Shown here one piece after another: positions 36,935 to 46,583 of a stretch of DNA of 64,000 bases. The stretch lies in NCBI GenBank assembly GCA_903864185.1, contig CAIPEX010000032.1, forward strand, positions 2,686 through 66,685, written 5' to 3'. This stretch comes from an uncultured Chloroflexota bacterium. Lineage in GTDB: Bacteria > Chloroflexota > Limnocylindria > Limnocylindrales > Limnocylindraceae. Every line of letters starts with the position of its first letter. Position 1 is the first letter of the stretch. The notes under the pieces were generated by a model. The model saw only the letters and a list, made by a program, of their open reading frames with translations. It did no database searches and had not been told where the DNA came from. A program made the translations under genes and the position numbers.

Positions 36935-37960
36935 CTAGCGAGCGCGCAGTGTCGCGAACGCCTCGCTTGGCCGAACCTCTGCAAGCGGCTCACCACCTCG
37001 CGGATCGGGAAGGCGAACGATTCGGTGATGGCTCAGCGCACTAGATTCTGCAACCGCTACGCCCATTGCTGCGAGGGCGGCACATGCTGCAACGCGGCCC
37101 GCGCGCGCTGCCGCGTCGCCATCCTCGGTGCGAACGGCGATGCCTAAGCCAGGCACACCAACAAGACAGAGTCCTTCTGCCCCCTGCTTTGCGACGACCT
37201 CTCCTGCACCACCACGAATAAGGTCAGTATCGAGGAATCCCCCGCCGGCAATGAGTCGCGGGTGTGCGATCGCAGCAGCCTTCACGCGCGCAAGATGCGG
37301 TTGATACTTGTGCGGAACCGCATCATCGGTAGGGTTCGCCCAGCGGCGTGCACCCTCTGCAGTCGCGCGCAGCGGCACGGCCGAGGTTGGAATTGCGCAA
37401 CCGTCTACCCCCCACGGCGCTGCGCTCAGGTCGCACGAGAGGAGCTCGCCAACTACCTCGCGAAGTCGCACCTGGACGGGGTGATCGTACGCGTCGTAGC
37501 CGCGACCATCTACACCCATGGCCTGTGCGAGTAGAAGCAGTGACAGGTGTTGCCCGGAACACATGTGGCTGAGCAGATCGACGCTGGCATCTCCGCGCTG
37601 CGATGCGGGCCGCCCATGCACCAAGAGGGCTGGATCGAGCCCATGCCGAGCGATCGCGGCCTGTGCGACTGCAACATGCTCGGGCGAACCGGCATGACTC
37701 GCCGCAGCGAGTGCAACAAACTCGTCAGCGATCTCAATACCGCGTTCTGCTGCTGCGGCAAGCACGGCGACCGCAGTGAATGGCTTTACCGCGCTCCGCA
37801 GCGAGACGAGTCGGTCGGGATTACCAAGCGAGCCGACGAGGACACCCCCCTCACCGACAACGGCAACGTCGCCGCGATGTGCCGCCTCGGTGATCGCGCC
37901 GCGAACGAGCAGCGAGAGAACGGGTGGCGGGGCGCCGCCCCCGATAGAACTCAGCGTCAC
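36935..37960 (-). CDS. Asparaginase II (PF06089-type) family protein
   Basis: RSAVKPFTAVAVL resembles the Asparaginase_II signature RSxAKPxQALP. Confidence 0.65.
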   Translation of the reverse strand: MTLSSIGGGAPPPVLSLLVRGAITEAAHRGDVAVVGEGGVLVGSLGNPDRLVSLRSAVKPFTAVAVLAAAAERGIEIADEFVALAAASHAGSPEHVAVAQAAIARHGLDPALLVHGRPASQRGDASVDLLSHMCSGQHLSLLLLAQAMGVDGRGYDAYDHPVQVRLREVVGELLSCDLSAAPWGVDGCAIPTSAVPLRATAEGARRWANPTDDAVPHKYQPHLARVKAAAIAHPRLIAGGGFLDTDLIRGGAGEVVAKQGAEGLCLVGVPGLGIAVRTEDGDAAARAGRVAACAALAAMGVAVAESSALSHHRIVRLPDPRGGEPLAEVRPSEAFATLRAR

Positions 37961-39300
37961 GCGAGGCCGAGTGAGCGATCTACCTCGGTGAGGCCGCGAT
38001 CGATCACATCGAACGCAAAGTCGAGCTCCTCATCACTGATGTTGAGCGGCGGATTCGTGAAGAAGCCGTTCCAGCGAACGATCGTATAGAGCCCGTTCTT
38101 TCGGAAGAATGCGCCGAGCGCAGCCATCTCTGGGGCGGTTGCGTTAAACGCAGCGATCGGCTCTTGTGTCTTCGGATCGCGCACCAACTCAATGATCCCG
38201 AAGAGTCCGATATTGCGAACCGCCCCCACACATGGATGCTTCTCCTTCATTCGTGCATGATGCGCCTGCAACTTCTTCCCGGATGATGCGGCACGGTCGA
38301 TGAGGCCATCCTCTTCGTAGACGGCAATCGTTGCGAGTGCTGTTGCACAGGCAAGCGGGTGGCTGTTGTACGTGAGTCCAGCACCGAAGACCTTCTCCGC
38401 GAAATGGTCTGCGATCTTTCGGCGCATACCGAGCGCTCCGAGTTGGATATACGCGCTCGTCAGCCCCTTGGCCATCGTGATCATGTCGGGGACGACGCCC
38501 CAGTGATCGACAGCGAACCACTTCCCTGTGCGGCCAAAGCCCGCCATCACCTCATCGGCGATCAGGAGGATGCCGTAGCGGTCGCACATCTCGCGCAGCC
38601 CTTGCATGTAGCCATCGGGCGGGATGAGGATCCCGTTCGTGCCGACAACCGACTCAACGATGATGGCAGCAACGCTTTGCGGATTCTCAAAGCGCAACAC
38701 GCGCTCGGTTTCCGCCAGAACCTCGGCCGCGGGGCGCGGCTCAGCTGCACCGTAATCATGGAAGTCGGGGATGCGGAAGATCCCCGGCAGACCTGGCTCC
38801 GTGAACCAGCGTCGTGGGTCTCCCGTTGCAGTGAGCGCACCAGACGTTCCACCGTGATACGAGCGGTAGCGTGCGGCAATCTTGTGACGACCGGTATAGA
38901 GGCGCGCGATGCGGAAGGCGTTCTCTACGGCCTCGGCTCCGCCATTGGTAAAGAAGAAGGCATCAATATCGCCTGGGCAAATCTCTGCAAGTTTTGCGCC
39001 AAGACGAGCGCGTGGCTCGGTGGCCATGAATGGGTTTGCGTAGGCGAGGGTTGCCGCCTGCTCGGTGATTGCGCGCAAGACGCGCTCATCGCCGTGGCCA
39101 ATATTCGTGCACATGAGCTGGCTGTTGAAGTCGAGGAACTTGTCGCCCTCGGGGGTCCAGAACCAGGAGCCTTTTGCGCGCGCGATCGGGATCGGATTCG
39201 CCGCGGCCTGTGGCGACCATTCGGTCATCGTGTGCCGCTTGGAGAGGGCGACGATCTCTGCCCCGCTCATCCCCTTTGCGCTCCCGTTCGACCCAGCCAT
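37957..39300 (-). CDS. Class-III (omega) aminotransferase, PLP-dependent (beta-alanine/omega-amino acid--pyruvate type)
   Basis: Class-III fold blocks with ADEVMAGFGRTGK and the Lys in MAKG; AGGAGG RBS 5 nt upstream of ATG 39300; the listed ORF extends to 39483. Confidence 0.85.
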   Translation of the reverse strand: MAGSNGSAKGMSGAEIVALSKRHTMTEWSPQAAANPIPIARAKGSWFWTPEGDKFLDFNSQLMCTNIGHGDERVLRAITEQAATLAYANPFMATEPRARLGAKLAEICPGDIDAFFFTNGGAEAVENAFRIARLYTGRHKIAARYRSYHGGTSGALTATGDPRRWFTEPGLPGIFRIPDFHDYGAAEPRPAAEVLAETERVLRFENPQSVAAIIVESVVGTNGILIPPDGYMQGLREMCDRYGILLIADEVMAGFGRTGKWFAVDHWGVVPDMITMAKGLTSAYIQLGALGMRRKIADHFAEKVFGAGLTYNSHPLACATALATIAVYEEDGLIDRAASSGKKLQAHHARMKEKHPCVGAVRNIGLFGIIELVRDPKTQEPIAAFNATAPEMAALGAFFRKNGLYTIVRWNGFFTNPPLNISDEELDFAFDVIDRGLTEVDRSLGLA

Positions 39301-39437
39301 AACGCCTCCTGTGCTGTGCGAGCCAGATGCGCTCGCGACTTCGCTGAGGATACCCCTCCGCCGCATGCGCGGTATCGCACAGCGCACGGTATGGGGAGGC
39401 GAACAGCGGAATCCCGCCGAGCGCGTAAGATGCCCCC

Positions 39438-40916
39438 ATGGGAATGACGATTGAGGCCCTTGCGGCACAGAAAGCACCAGCAACCCTGAAGAACTTCATC
39501 GGTGGTGCCTGGGTCGCATCGACCTCATCTGAGAAGCTGGTCGTGCCAAACCCCGCCACCGAGCAGCCGCTCGCCTACGTTCCCCTCTCCAATGCCGCCG
39601 ATGTTGCTGCTGCAGTTGCCGCTGCGCGGGCCGCCGCACACGAGTGGGGTGAGATGCCGCCGCCCGAGCGCGCGGGCTACCTCTTCAAGTTGCGTGAGGC
39701 GCTCCTCGACAACCGCGACGCGCTGACAAAGCTTGTCACAACCGAGAACGGGAAGGTCTACTCCGACGCCGCAGGCGAGGTTCGTCGCGGGATTGAGGTT
39801 GTCGACTTTGCCTGTGGTGCCCCAACCCTGCTCATGGGCCAGAACCTCGACCAGGTCTCGCGCGGCATCGACTCAGAAATGGTGCGCTTCCCGGTTGGCG
39901 TCGTTGCTGGAATCACCCCCTTCAACTTCCCATTCATGGTACCGATGTGGATGCTCCCGCTCGCGATCGCCTGCGGCAACTCATTCATCCTCAAGCCGTC
40001 GGAGCGCACGCCACTCTCGTCGCAGCGCATCATTGAGATCTGCGCTGAGGCCGGGATTCCAGCCGGTGTCGTCAATCTCGTCCACGGCGCCGTCGAAACG
40101 GTGACCGGGCTCGTCACGCACCCTGGGGTCGATGCAATCAGCTTCGTCGGATCTGAGCGCGTCGCGCGCATCGTCTATGAGACTGCCGCAAAAAACGGGA
40201 AGCGCGTGCAGGCGCTTGGCGGCGCAAAGAACCACATCATTGCGATGCCCGATGCCGTGTTGGAGCAGAGCGTGCCCAACATCGCCGAGTCTGCATTCGG
40301 CAACGCGGGGCAGCGCTGCCTCGCAGGTTCGGTGCTCACCGTGGTTGGCGAGGCACGTGAACGCCTCCTCCCGAAACTCGTCGAGCACGCAGAGACGATC
40401 AAGATGGGCTTCGGACTTGACGAGGGCGTCACGCTTGGGCCAGTGATCCGTGGCGAGGCGCGCGACCGTGTGCATCGACTCGTCGACGAGGGGCTTGCCG
40501 CCGGCGCAACGATGATTCGTGATGGTCGCGGCACAGGGCCCTCGACAGGCTACTTCGTTGGGCCAACGATGCTGAATATCGACGAGGGCTCGCCCCTGGC
40601 ACGCGAGGAGATCTTCGGCCCAGTCCTCTCGGTGCTCTACGCCAAGGATCTCGACGAGGCGCTGCGCCTCATGGCCGAGACGAACGAGTACGGGAATGCG
40701 GGCTCGATCTACACCGCCTCGGGTCGAGCGGCGCGCGAGTTCAAGCGCCGCGCAACCTCAGGGATGCTCGGCGTCAACGTTGGCGTTGCGGCACCGATGG
40801 CCTTCTTCCCATTCAGCGGCCGTCGCAAGAGTTTCTTCGGCGACCTCCACGCCACCGGACGCGACGGGGTCGAGTTCTACACCACGAAGAAGGTCATTAC
40901 CAGCCGCTGGTTCTAG
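39438..40916 (+). CDS. mmsA: CoA-acylating methylmalonate/malonate-semialdehyde dehydrogenase
   Basis: 492 aa ALDH; the typical MmsA/IolA N-terminus (FIGG.W) and C-terminus (FPFSG...FYT..K). Confidence 0.85.
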   Translation: MGMTIEALAAQKAPATLKNFIGGAWVASTSSEKLVVPNPATEQPLAYVPLSNAADVAAAVAAARAAAHEWGEMPPPERAGYLFKLREALLDNRDALTKLVTTENGKVYSDAAGEVRRGIEVVDFACGAPTLLMGQNLDQVSRGIDSEMVRFPVGVVAGITPFNFPFMVPMWMLPLAIACGNSFILKPSERTPLSSQRIIEICAEAGIPAGVVNLVHGAVETVTGLVTHPGVDAISFVGSERVARIVYETAAKNGKRVQALGGAKNHIIAMPDAVLEQSVPNIAESAFGNAGQRCLAGSVLTVVGEARERLLPKLVEHAETIKMGFGLDEGVTLGPVIRGEARDRVHRLVDEGLAAGATMIRDGRGTGPSTGYFVGPTMLNIDEGSPLAREEIFGPVLSVLYAKDLDEALRLMAETNEYGNAGSIYTASGRAAREFKRRATSGMLGVNVGVAAPMAFFPFSGRRKSFFGDLHATGRDGVEFYTTKKVITSRWF

Positions 40917-40919
40917 CGA

Positions 40920-41852
40920 CTAGAGGAGCTCGACGAGCTCCTTCACTGCAGCGGCAGACTTCGCAAATGCGGTCGACTCTTCAGCGGTGAGCTTGATCTC
41001 CACGATTCGCTCAATCCCGCCACCACCGATCACCGTTGGAACCCCCACGTAGAGACCCTGAACGCCGTACTCGCCCTCGAGCAGCGCGGCGCATGGGATC
41101 AAGCGACGACGATCGAGCAGGATGCTCTCCACCACTTCGAATGTTGCTGCTGCAGGGGCGTAGAAGGCAGAGCCGGTCTTCAAGAGTCCGACGATCTCCG
41201 CCCCACCATCGCGGGTGCGCTTCACGATCGCATCAACGCGATCTGCAGGGAGGAACTCTGGGAGTGGGATGCCGCCGATCGACGAGTAGCGTGGCAGCGG
41301 CACCATCGTATCGCCGTGCCCGCCGAGCACGAACGCACGAACATCCTCAACGCTCACGCCCGCCTCAAGTGCAATGAAGTGGCGGAAGCGCGCTGAGTCC
41401 AACGTGCCGGCCATACCGATCACGCGCTCCTTCGGGAAGCCCGATGCCTTAAGTGCAACGTGGCACATGGCGTCGAGCGGATTAGTGACAATGACGAGGA
41501 TCGCGTGCGGCGAGCGCTTCGCCGCTTCGCTCACGACGCTGCGTACGATTCCCGCGTTGGTATTGATGAGATCGTCGCGGCTCATGCCCGGCTTGCGCGC
41601 AATGCCGCTCGTCACAACAATCACGTCGGAGTCGGTCGTATCGTCGTAGTTATTCGTGCCGAGAATGCGGGCATCGTGCCCAACGACGGGCGCCGCCTCG
41701 GCGAGGTCGAGCCCCTTCCCCTGCGGAAGCCCCTCGACGATGTCGACAAGGACAACGTCTGCAAGGCCCGACTCGGCAATGCGCTGGGCCGTGGTCGCGC
41801 CCACGTTCCCTGCACCGATCACCGTTACCTTGCGTCGCTGAATACGGCTCAT
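40920..41852 (-). CDS. mdh: Malate dehydrogenase (LDH-like MDH)
   Basis: VIGAGNVG Rossmann motif, GGHGDTMVP and IVTNPLD. Confidence 0.9.
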   Translation of the reverse strand: MSRIQRRKVTVIGAGNVGATTAQRIAESGLADVVLVDIVEGLPQGKGLDLAEAAPVVGHDARILGTNNYDDTTDSDVIVVTSGIARKPGMSRDDLINTNAGIVRSVVSEAAKRSPHAILVIVTNPLDAMCHVALKASGFPKERVIGMAGTLDSARFRHFIALEAGVSVEDVRAFVLGGHGDTMVPLPRYSSIGGIPLPEFLPADRVDAIVKRTRDGGAEIVGLLKTGSAFYAPAAATFEVVESILLDRRRLIPCAALLEGEYGVQGLYVGVPTVIGGGGIERIVEIKLTAEESTAFAKSAAAVKELVELL

Positions 41853-41861
41853 ACCCTGATC

Positions 41862-42686
41862 CTAGCGGCGGCTGCGGCGACGTGCTTGCGGGCGGATTGT
41901 GCGAGCGCGCCAGGCGGCGACAAGAAGGGTGACGAGGAGGACACTCCCCATGACGAGTGTGGCGGTTGGCACTCCGCCAACCTTCCAATTGTCCAGGCGA
42001 AGTCCCTCAAGGAGGAGGCGGGTCACGGCATACCACGCGATCGCTGCGAGCCCGATCATTCCTGGAGCAATGCGGCCGCGAAGGCGCTGACCGAGTGCGG
42101 GCAGGACGAGTGCGCCGAGCGCACCAGAGAGCGACTCGTAGAGGAAGAGCGGGTGGAACCGTGCACCCTCGCCGAGTGCGGTGCAGGTTGTGTCGTAGGT
42201 GCGGTGCGCGCAATCGACCGCAAGGCCCCACGGCAGATCGGTCGGAAGTCCATAGAGCTCCTGGTTGAACCAGTTCCCCCATCGTGCGATCGCTTGCATT
42301 ACGAGGATCGCTGGACCAACGACATCGACCCAGCCCCATGGCGACTGCCGCCAGCGGCGCAACACGACTGCAAGTGCGATCGTCCCGGTAATAATCCCGC
42401 CAGGAGCACCGAGCCCTTCGTATGGGGGAATGAGTGCGCCGAGTGGATTCGCAGAGTAGCGATCCCACGCATCAATCACGTGATAAAGCCGCCCGCCTGC
42501 AAGTGCAGCAATTGAGATGATGATCATGCCGTTGATGATCAGATCAACGTTGAGCTTTCTGCGGCGCGCCTCGCGCACCATGAACTGGTAGGCGACGAGG
42601 AGGCCGACTGCATAAAGCACGCCATACCAGCGCAGTGCGATCGGTCCGAGGTTGACGATGATGGAATCTGGTGGAATTGGCAGCAT
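41862..42686 (-). CDS. lgt: Prolipoprotein diacylglyceryl transferase
   Basis: Lgt signature ARWGNWFNQELYG. Confidence 0.9.
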   Translation of the reverse strand: MLPIPPDSIIVNLGPIALRWYGVLYAVGLLVAYQFMVREARRRKLNVDLIINGMIIISIAALAGGRLYHVIDAWDRYSANPLGALIPPYEGLGAPGGIITGTIALAVVLRRWRQSPWGWVDVVGPAILVMQAIARWGNWFNQELYGLPTDLPWGLAVDCAHRTYDTTCTALGEGARFHPLFLYESLSGALGALVLPALGQRLRGRIAPGMIGLAAIAWYAVTRLLLEGLRLDNWKVGGVPTATLVMGSVLLVTLLVAAWRARTIRPQARRRSRR

Positions 42687-42692
42687 GGAACC

Positions 42693-43403
42693 CTAGACGC
42701 CCACGCCGATGAGGCTCCCGACGAAGTAGGTGACGCCCGCGGCTGCAGCACCGATCAGGAGCTGGCGCATGCCTGAGACAAGTGCCGATCGACCCGTGAC
42801 ATAGCTCACGGCGGCCCCAACCGAGAAGAGCGCGAACCCGGTGAGGACAATGCTGCTCGCGAGCGCCGTAAATCCAGTGAGGACAAGGAATGGAAGGAGT
42901 GGCACGAAGGCGCCGAGAGCGAAGGAGACGAACGACCAGATCGCAGCCCCCCATGGTGAGCCGAGCTGCTCGGGGTCGAGGCCGAGCCGCTCACGCACCA
43001 CCATCTCAAGCGCGACGGCAGGATCGCTCATGACGAGTGCGGCGAACTTGTCTGCCTCGGCAACAGGGAACCCACGGCGCACATAGGTCGCCGCAATGGC
43101 AGTGCGCTCCGTGTCTGGATCGGCCGCCAGTCGGGCGCGCTCCACCTCGATCTGTCGCTCGAGCAACTCACTCTGGCTCCGCATTGAGACGTACTCTCCT
43201 GCCGCCATGCTGAATGCACCTGCAAGAAGTCCAGCAATACCGGCGATGATGACAAACGAGCCGTGGGCCTGCGTCGTAGCGCCGGCAATGCCGAGCACGA
43301 GCGCCGCGTTGCTGACCAGCCCGTCGGAGACGCCGAAGATCATGGCGCGAAGGGTTCCGTCGGCACCAGCCTTGGACGCAATGCGTTTCTGAGTCTCGCC
43401 CAT
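42693..43403 (-). CDS. VIT1/CCC1-family Fe/Mn transporter
   Basis: GEYVSM motif and 5-TM topology. Confidence 0.8.
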   Translation of the reverse strand: MGETQKRIASKAGADGTLRAMIFGVSDGLVSNAALVLGIAGATTQAHGSFVIIAGIAGLLAGAFSMAAGEYVSMRSQSELLERQIEVERARLAADPDTERTAIAATYVRRGFPVAEADKFAALVMSDPAVALEMVVRERLGLDPEQLGSPWGAAIWSFVSFALGAFVPLLPFLVLTGFTALASSIVLTGFALFSVGAAVSYVTGRSALVSGMRQLLIGAAAAGVTYFVGSLIGVGV

Positions 43404-43467
43404 CTACCCTCCTGTCGCGCTTCTATGCGTTGGGCTCATCCTAGCGCGGTGAGGGGAACCGCTTCGG

Positions 43468-43791
43468 CTAGGTGAGGAGGATGACCCACCCCTCTTCGTC
43501 GACGCTCACGGTGTGCACTGCAAGTGGGAGTTCTGCGGGAGGATCGAGCGGCTCGCCGCTCTCCAGGTCGAACCGCGAGAGATGCAGCGGGCAGGTGACC
43601 GTGGGCCGTGGCACGCCAGCGGGTGAGAGGAAGCCGCGATCAAGCTCGCAATACTCGTGTGTACACACCCCATCAACAGCGAGGAGCTTGCCGCCGCGAT
43701 TAGCGATGAGGATGGCCGACCCGCCCGGCCAGGCGAGGCGCATCGTGCCGTCTGGCAACTCTGTCGCGGGGAAGAGCCGCTCAACGCCCAT
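43468..43791 (-). CDS. Rieske [2Fe-2S] ferredoxin-like protein, Suf-associated
   Basis: CTHEYCEL and CPLHLSRF (CxH...CxxH); start 5 nt after the sufD stop. Confidence 0.8.
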   Translation of the reverse strand: MGVERLFPATELPDGTMRLAWPGGSAILIANRGGKLLAVDGVCTHEYCELDRGFLSPAGVPRPTVTCPLHLSRFDLESGEPLDPPAELPLAVHTVSVDEEGWVILLT

Positions 43792-43796
43792 GGAAT

Positions 43797-45110
43797 CTAC
43801 GAGGCGAGTGCGGCAGGCTGCGCCGCGAGTGCCGCGTCGAGTTTCGCGGAGAGCACCTCGCGGAGGCGGTCTGCTTCAGCCTCAAGTGGAAGGGCAGCGA
43901 CGACTGGCTCGAGGAATCCCATCACGATCGTTCGACGTGCCTCCGCCTCGGTCAGTCCTCGTGAACGCAGGTAGAAAATCTGCGACGGATCGATCGGCCC
44001 AACCGAACTCCCGTGCGCGGCGCGCTCACAATCTGGCTGGTCGATCCAGAGCGATGGGATCGCAACGCTTCGAGCGGTCTTCGAGAGGAGCATGCCGAAT
44101 TCGCCAAGGTAGGAGTTGGTGCCACGTCCACTTCGTGGAATTGTCGTGACTCCCTTCACATACCCGCGCGCCGTTCCGGCGAAGACGCCTTTCGCGAGTA
44201 GGTCGCCGACCGTCTTCTGACCGGAGTGGAGGCTGTAGGTGGTGAGATCGTGCAGCTGCTCACCGGCACCGAAAACGACCTCGACCTGACGCACCTTCGA
44301 GCCATCTCCAGCAAGCACATGGTCGATGCGGCCGCGCACAACCCGAGCGCCGACCTGCGCGGCGGCCAGGTTCAAGGTTGCGCCTGTGCCAAACGTGTGG
44401 CGGCGCACAGCAAGGTAGGCGCGATCTTCAGGGAGGTCTTGGATCGACGAGAGGTTCAGCGTCGACTGTGCGCCGAGCACTACCTCACTCGTGGTCGCTA
44501 GCAGGGCGCGCGCGACACCTGGTGCGGCGGCGCTTCCACCAATCTCTTCGATAACGGAGGCCGTTGCACCAGCTCCGAGCTCAAGGGCGACGCGCGCGAT
44601 CAGCGCCGCGCCAGCTGCAGGAGCATCCACGCGCACGATGATGGGTGCAGCAATCTCTCCGCCAGCAAGGGTGATCTTGATACCAACATTCCAAAACGCA
44701 GCGATAAGTGCGGTGATGCGATCACTCTCAGCGCCAGCGAGTGGCGCACCTGCATCGAGCAGTTGGACGGAGAACCCTGCGGTCACCGCCTCGGGGCTGG
44801 CATACAGCGCAACGCCGCTCGTTGAAAGCACGATCAAGGCGGCCGCACCGTCAGGGAGGGCGCTCTGGGGAAGCTGTGCAATCGCGGTTGGCGTTGGGCT
44901 AGGGAGCGCTGCGTCGAGTTCGGCAGCACGCAGATCCACGTAGCCGGTAAAGAGGAGATTCGATTCTGTCGGCAGCGCGTTGAATGCCGCGAGCGCCTCA
45001 GTGCGGACGGTTACCCCTGCGCCGCTCGCAAGACGTGCGATCGTCTCACCAGTTGCCCAGGCAAGCGGTAGGTCGGCAAGGGCGCGGCGTGTAGGCGGGG
45101 TGCCGCTCAC
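43797..45110 (-). CDS. sufD: Fe-S cluster assembly protein SufD
   Basis: 437 aa; C-terminal SufBD-fold blocks; overlaps the sufB stop. Confidence 0.85.
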   Translation of the reverse strand: MSGTPPTRRALADLPLAWATGETIARLASGAGVTVRTEALAAFNALPTESNLLFTGYVDLRAAELDAALPSPTPTAIAQLPQSALPDGAAALIVLSTSGVALYASPEAVTAGFSVQLLDAGAPLAGAESDRITALIAAFWNVGIKITLAGGEIAAPIIVRVDAPAAGAALIARVALELGAGATASVIEEIGGSAAAPGVARALLATTSEVVLGAQSTLNLSSIQDLPEDRAYLAVRRHTFGTGATLNLAAAQVGARVVRGRIDHVLAGDGSKVRQVEVVFGAGEQLHDLTTYSLHSGQKTVGDLLAKGVFAGTARGYVKGVTTIPRSGRGTNSYLGEFGMLLSKTARSVAIPSLWIDQPDCERAAHGSSVGPIDPSQIFYLRSRGLTEAEARRTIVMGFLEPVVAALPLEAEADRLREVLSAKLDAALAAQPAALAS

Positions 45111-46510
45111 CCGAGCGCCCCCTCCATCTCGAGGCGGATCAGGCGATTGAACTCCAGCGCGTACTCCATCGGGAGCTCTTTCGTGAAGACTTCAAGGAAA
45201 CCCTGCACGATCAGGTTCGTCGCCTCGTTCTCCGTCATGCCGCGGCTCATCAGGTAGAAGACCTGGTCATCAGAGACGCGACCGACGGTCGCCTCGTGGC
45301 TCATCGAGGTGTCGTCCTCTTGAATATCGATATATGGATAGGTTTCTGAACGGCTCCCCTCGTCGAGGATGAGTGCGTCGCAGCGAACACTCGTGGTCAC
45401 CCCGGTTGCACCTGGCGCAACCTTCACGGTGCCGCGATATGTCGCAACCCCGCCGTCCTTGCAGACCGACTTGCCAACGATGCGGCTCGTGGTGTTTGGT
45501 GCAAGGTGCACGGCCTTCGCGCCAGTATCTTGATGCTGACCCTTTGATGCAACCGCCACCGAAACAATCTCGGCATGTGCCTTCTCGCCGAGAAGGAAGA
45601 TGCCTGGGTACTTCATCGTGAGTTGGGCACCGGTGTTGGCGTCGATCCATTCAACGGTGGACCCTGCATGTGCATGGGCCCGCTTCGTCACAAGGTTGTA
45701 GACATCGTTCGACCAGTTCTGGATCGTTGTGTAGCGCACCTTTGCCCCTGGAAGAGCAATCACCTCAACCACTGCCACGTGGAGCGAGTCGGTTGCCCAG
45801 TTTGGCGCGGTGCATCCTTCGATGTAGTGGAGGCTTGCGCCCTCATCGACAACGATCAAGGTGCGCTCGAATTGTCCGGTGTTCTGTCCATTGATACGGA
45901 AGTAGGCCTGCAGCGGGAGTGGAACCTCAACCCCCTTTGGCACGTACACGAACGATCCGCCCGACCAGACGGCCGAGTTCAGGGCGGCAAACTTGTTGTC
46001 CTCTGCTGGCACTACGGTGCCGAAGTATTTCTTGAAGATCTCTGGATACTCTTTCATGCCCTGATCGGTACCCATGAAGACGACCCCGAGCTTCTGCAAA
46101 TCTTCGCGAACAGAGTGGTAGACAACCTCGGAGTCGTATTGGGCTCCAACGCCCGACAAGAACTTGCGCTCCGCCTCTGGAATGCCGAGTCGTTCAAACG
46201 TCTTCTTAATCTGATCGGGGACGTCGTCCCACGACTTCTCCTCGCGCTCGGATGGCTTCCGGTAGTAGACGATCTTCGAGAAGTCGAGCTTTGTCAGGTC
46301 GCCACCCCAGTGTGGGAGTGGTCGTGCCTCAAAGTGCTTGAAGGCGCGAAGGCGATACTCAAGCATCCAGGCTGGCTCGTCCTTCGTCTCGGAGATCTCG
46401 CGAACGGTCGCCTCGGTCAGGCCTGCCTTCGTCTCGCGCAGATAGGCAATGTCGTCGTGGAAGGCGTACTGCTCTCGCTCATCCCGGACAACGGCCTTGG
46501 CGATCGTCAT
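45107..46510 (-). CDS. sufB: Fe-S cluster assembly protein SufB
   Basis: 467 aa with full-length SufB similarity, including the conserved C-terminus. Confidence 0.95.
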   Translation of the reverse strand: MTIAKAVVRDEREQYAFHDDIAYLRETKAGLTEATVREISETKDEPAWMLEYRLRAFKHFEARPLPHWGGDLTKLDFSKIVYYRKPSEREEKSWDDVPDQIKKTFERLGIPEAERKFLSGVGAQYDSEVVYHSVREDLQKLGVVFMGTDQGMKEYPEIFKKYFGTVVPAEDNKFAALNSAVWSGGSFVYVPKGVEVPLPLQAYFRINGQNTGQFERTLIVVDEGASLHYIEGCTAPNWATDSLHVAVVEVIALPGAKVRYTTIQNWSNDVYNLVTKRAHAHAGSTVEWIDANTGAQLTMKYPGIFLLGEKAHAEIVSVAVASKGQHQDTGAKAVHLAPNTTSRIVGKSVCKDGGVATYRGTVKVAPGATGVTTSVRCDALILDEGSRSETYPYIDIQEDDTSMSHEATVGRVSDDQVFYLMSRGMTENEATNLIVQGFLEVFTKELPMEYALEFNRLIRLEMEGALG

Positions 46511-46550
46511 GTCGGCCTCCTCTCGAACGGGGCCACGGGTGCGGAAGGCA

Positions 46551-46579
46551 CCCCCCAGCTAATCCCGACTAAGCGTATC
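46551..46579. promoter_or_regulatory. AT-rich perfect inverted repeat CTAATCC-N15-GGATTAG upstream of sufB
   Basis: 7-bp arms, unusually AT-rich for this roughly 70% GC sequence; lies in the 73-nt gap between the RND stop and the sufB start. Confidence 0.25.
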
Positions 46580-46583
46580 AGGA

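Noticed and set aside
41460-42515. 351-aa plus-strand ORF spanning mdh and lgt
   Set aside because: Spans two well-supported minus-strand genes; wrong-frame composition.
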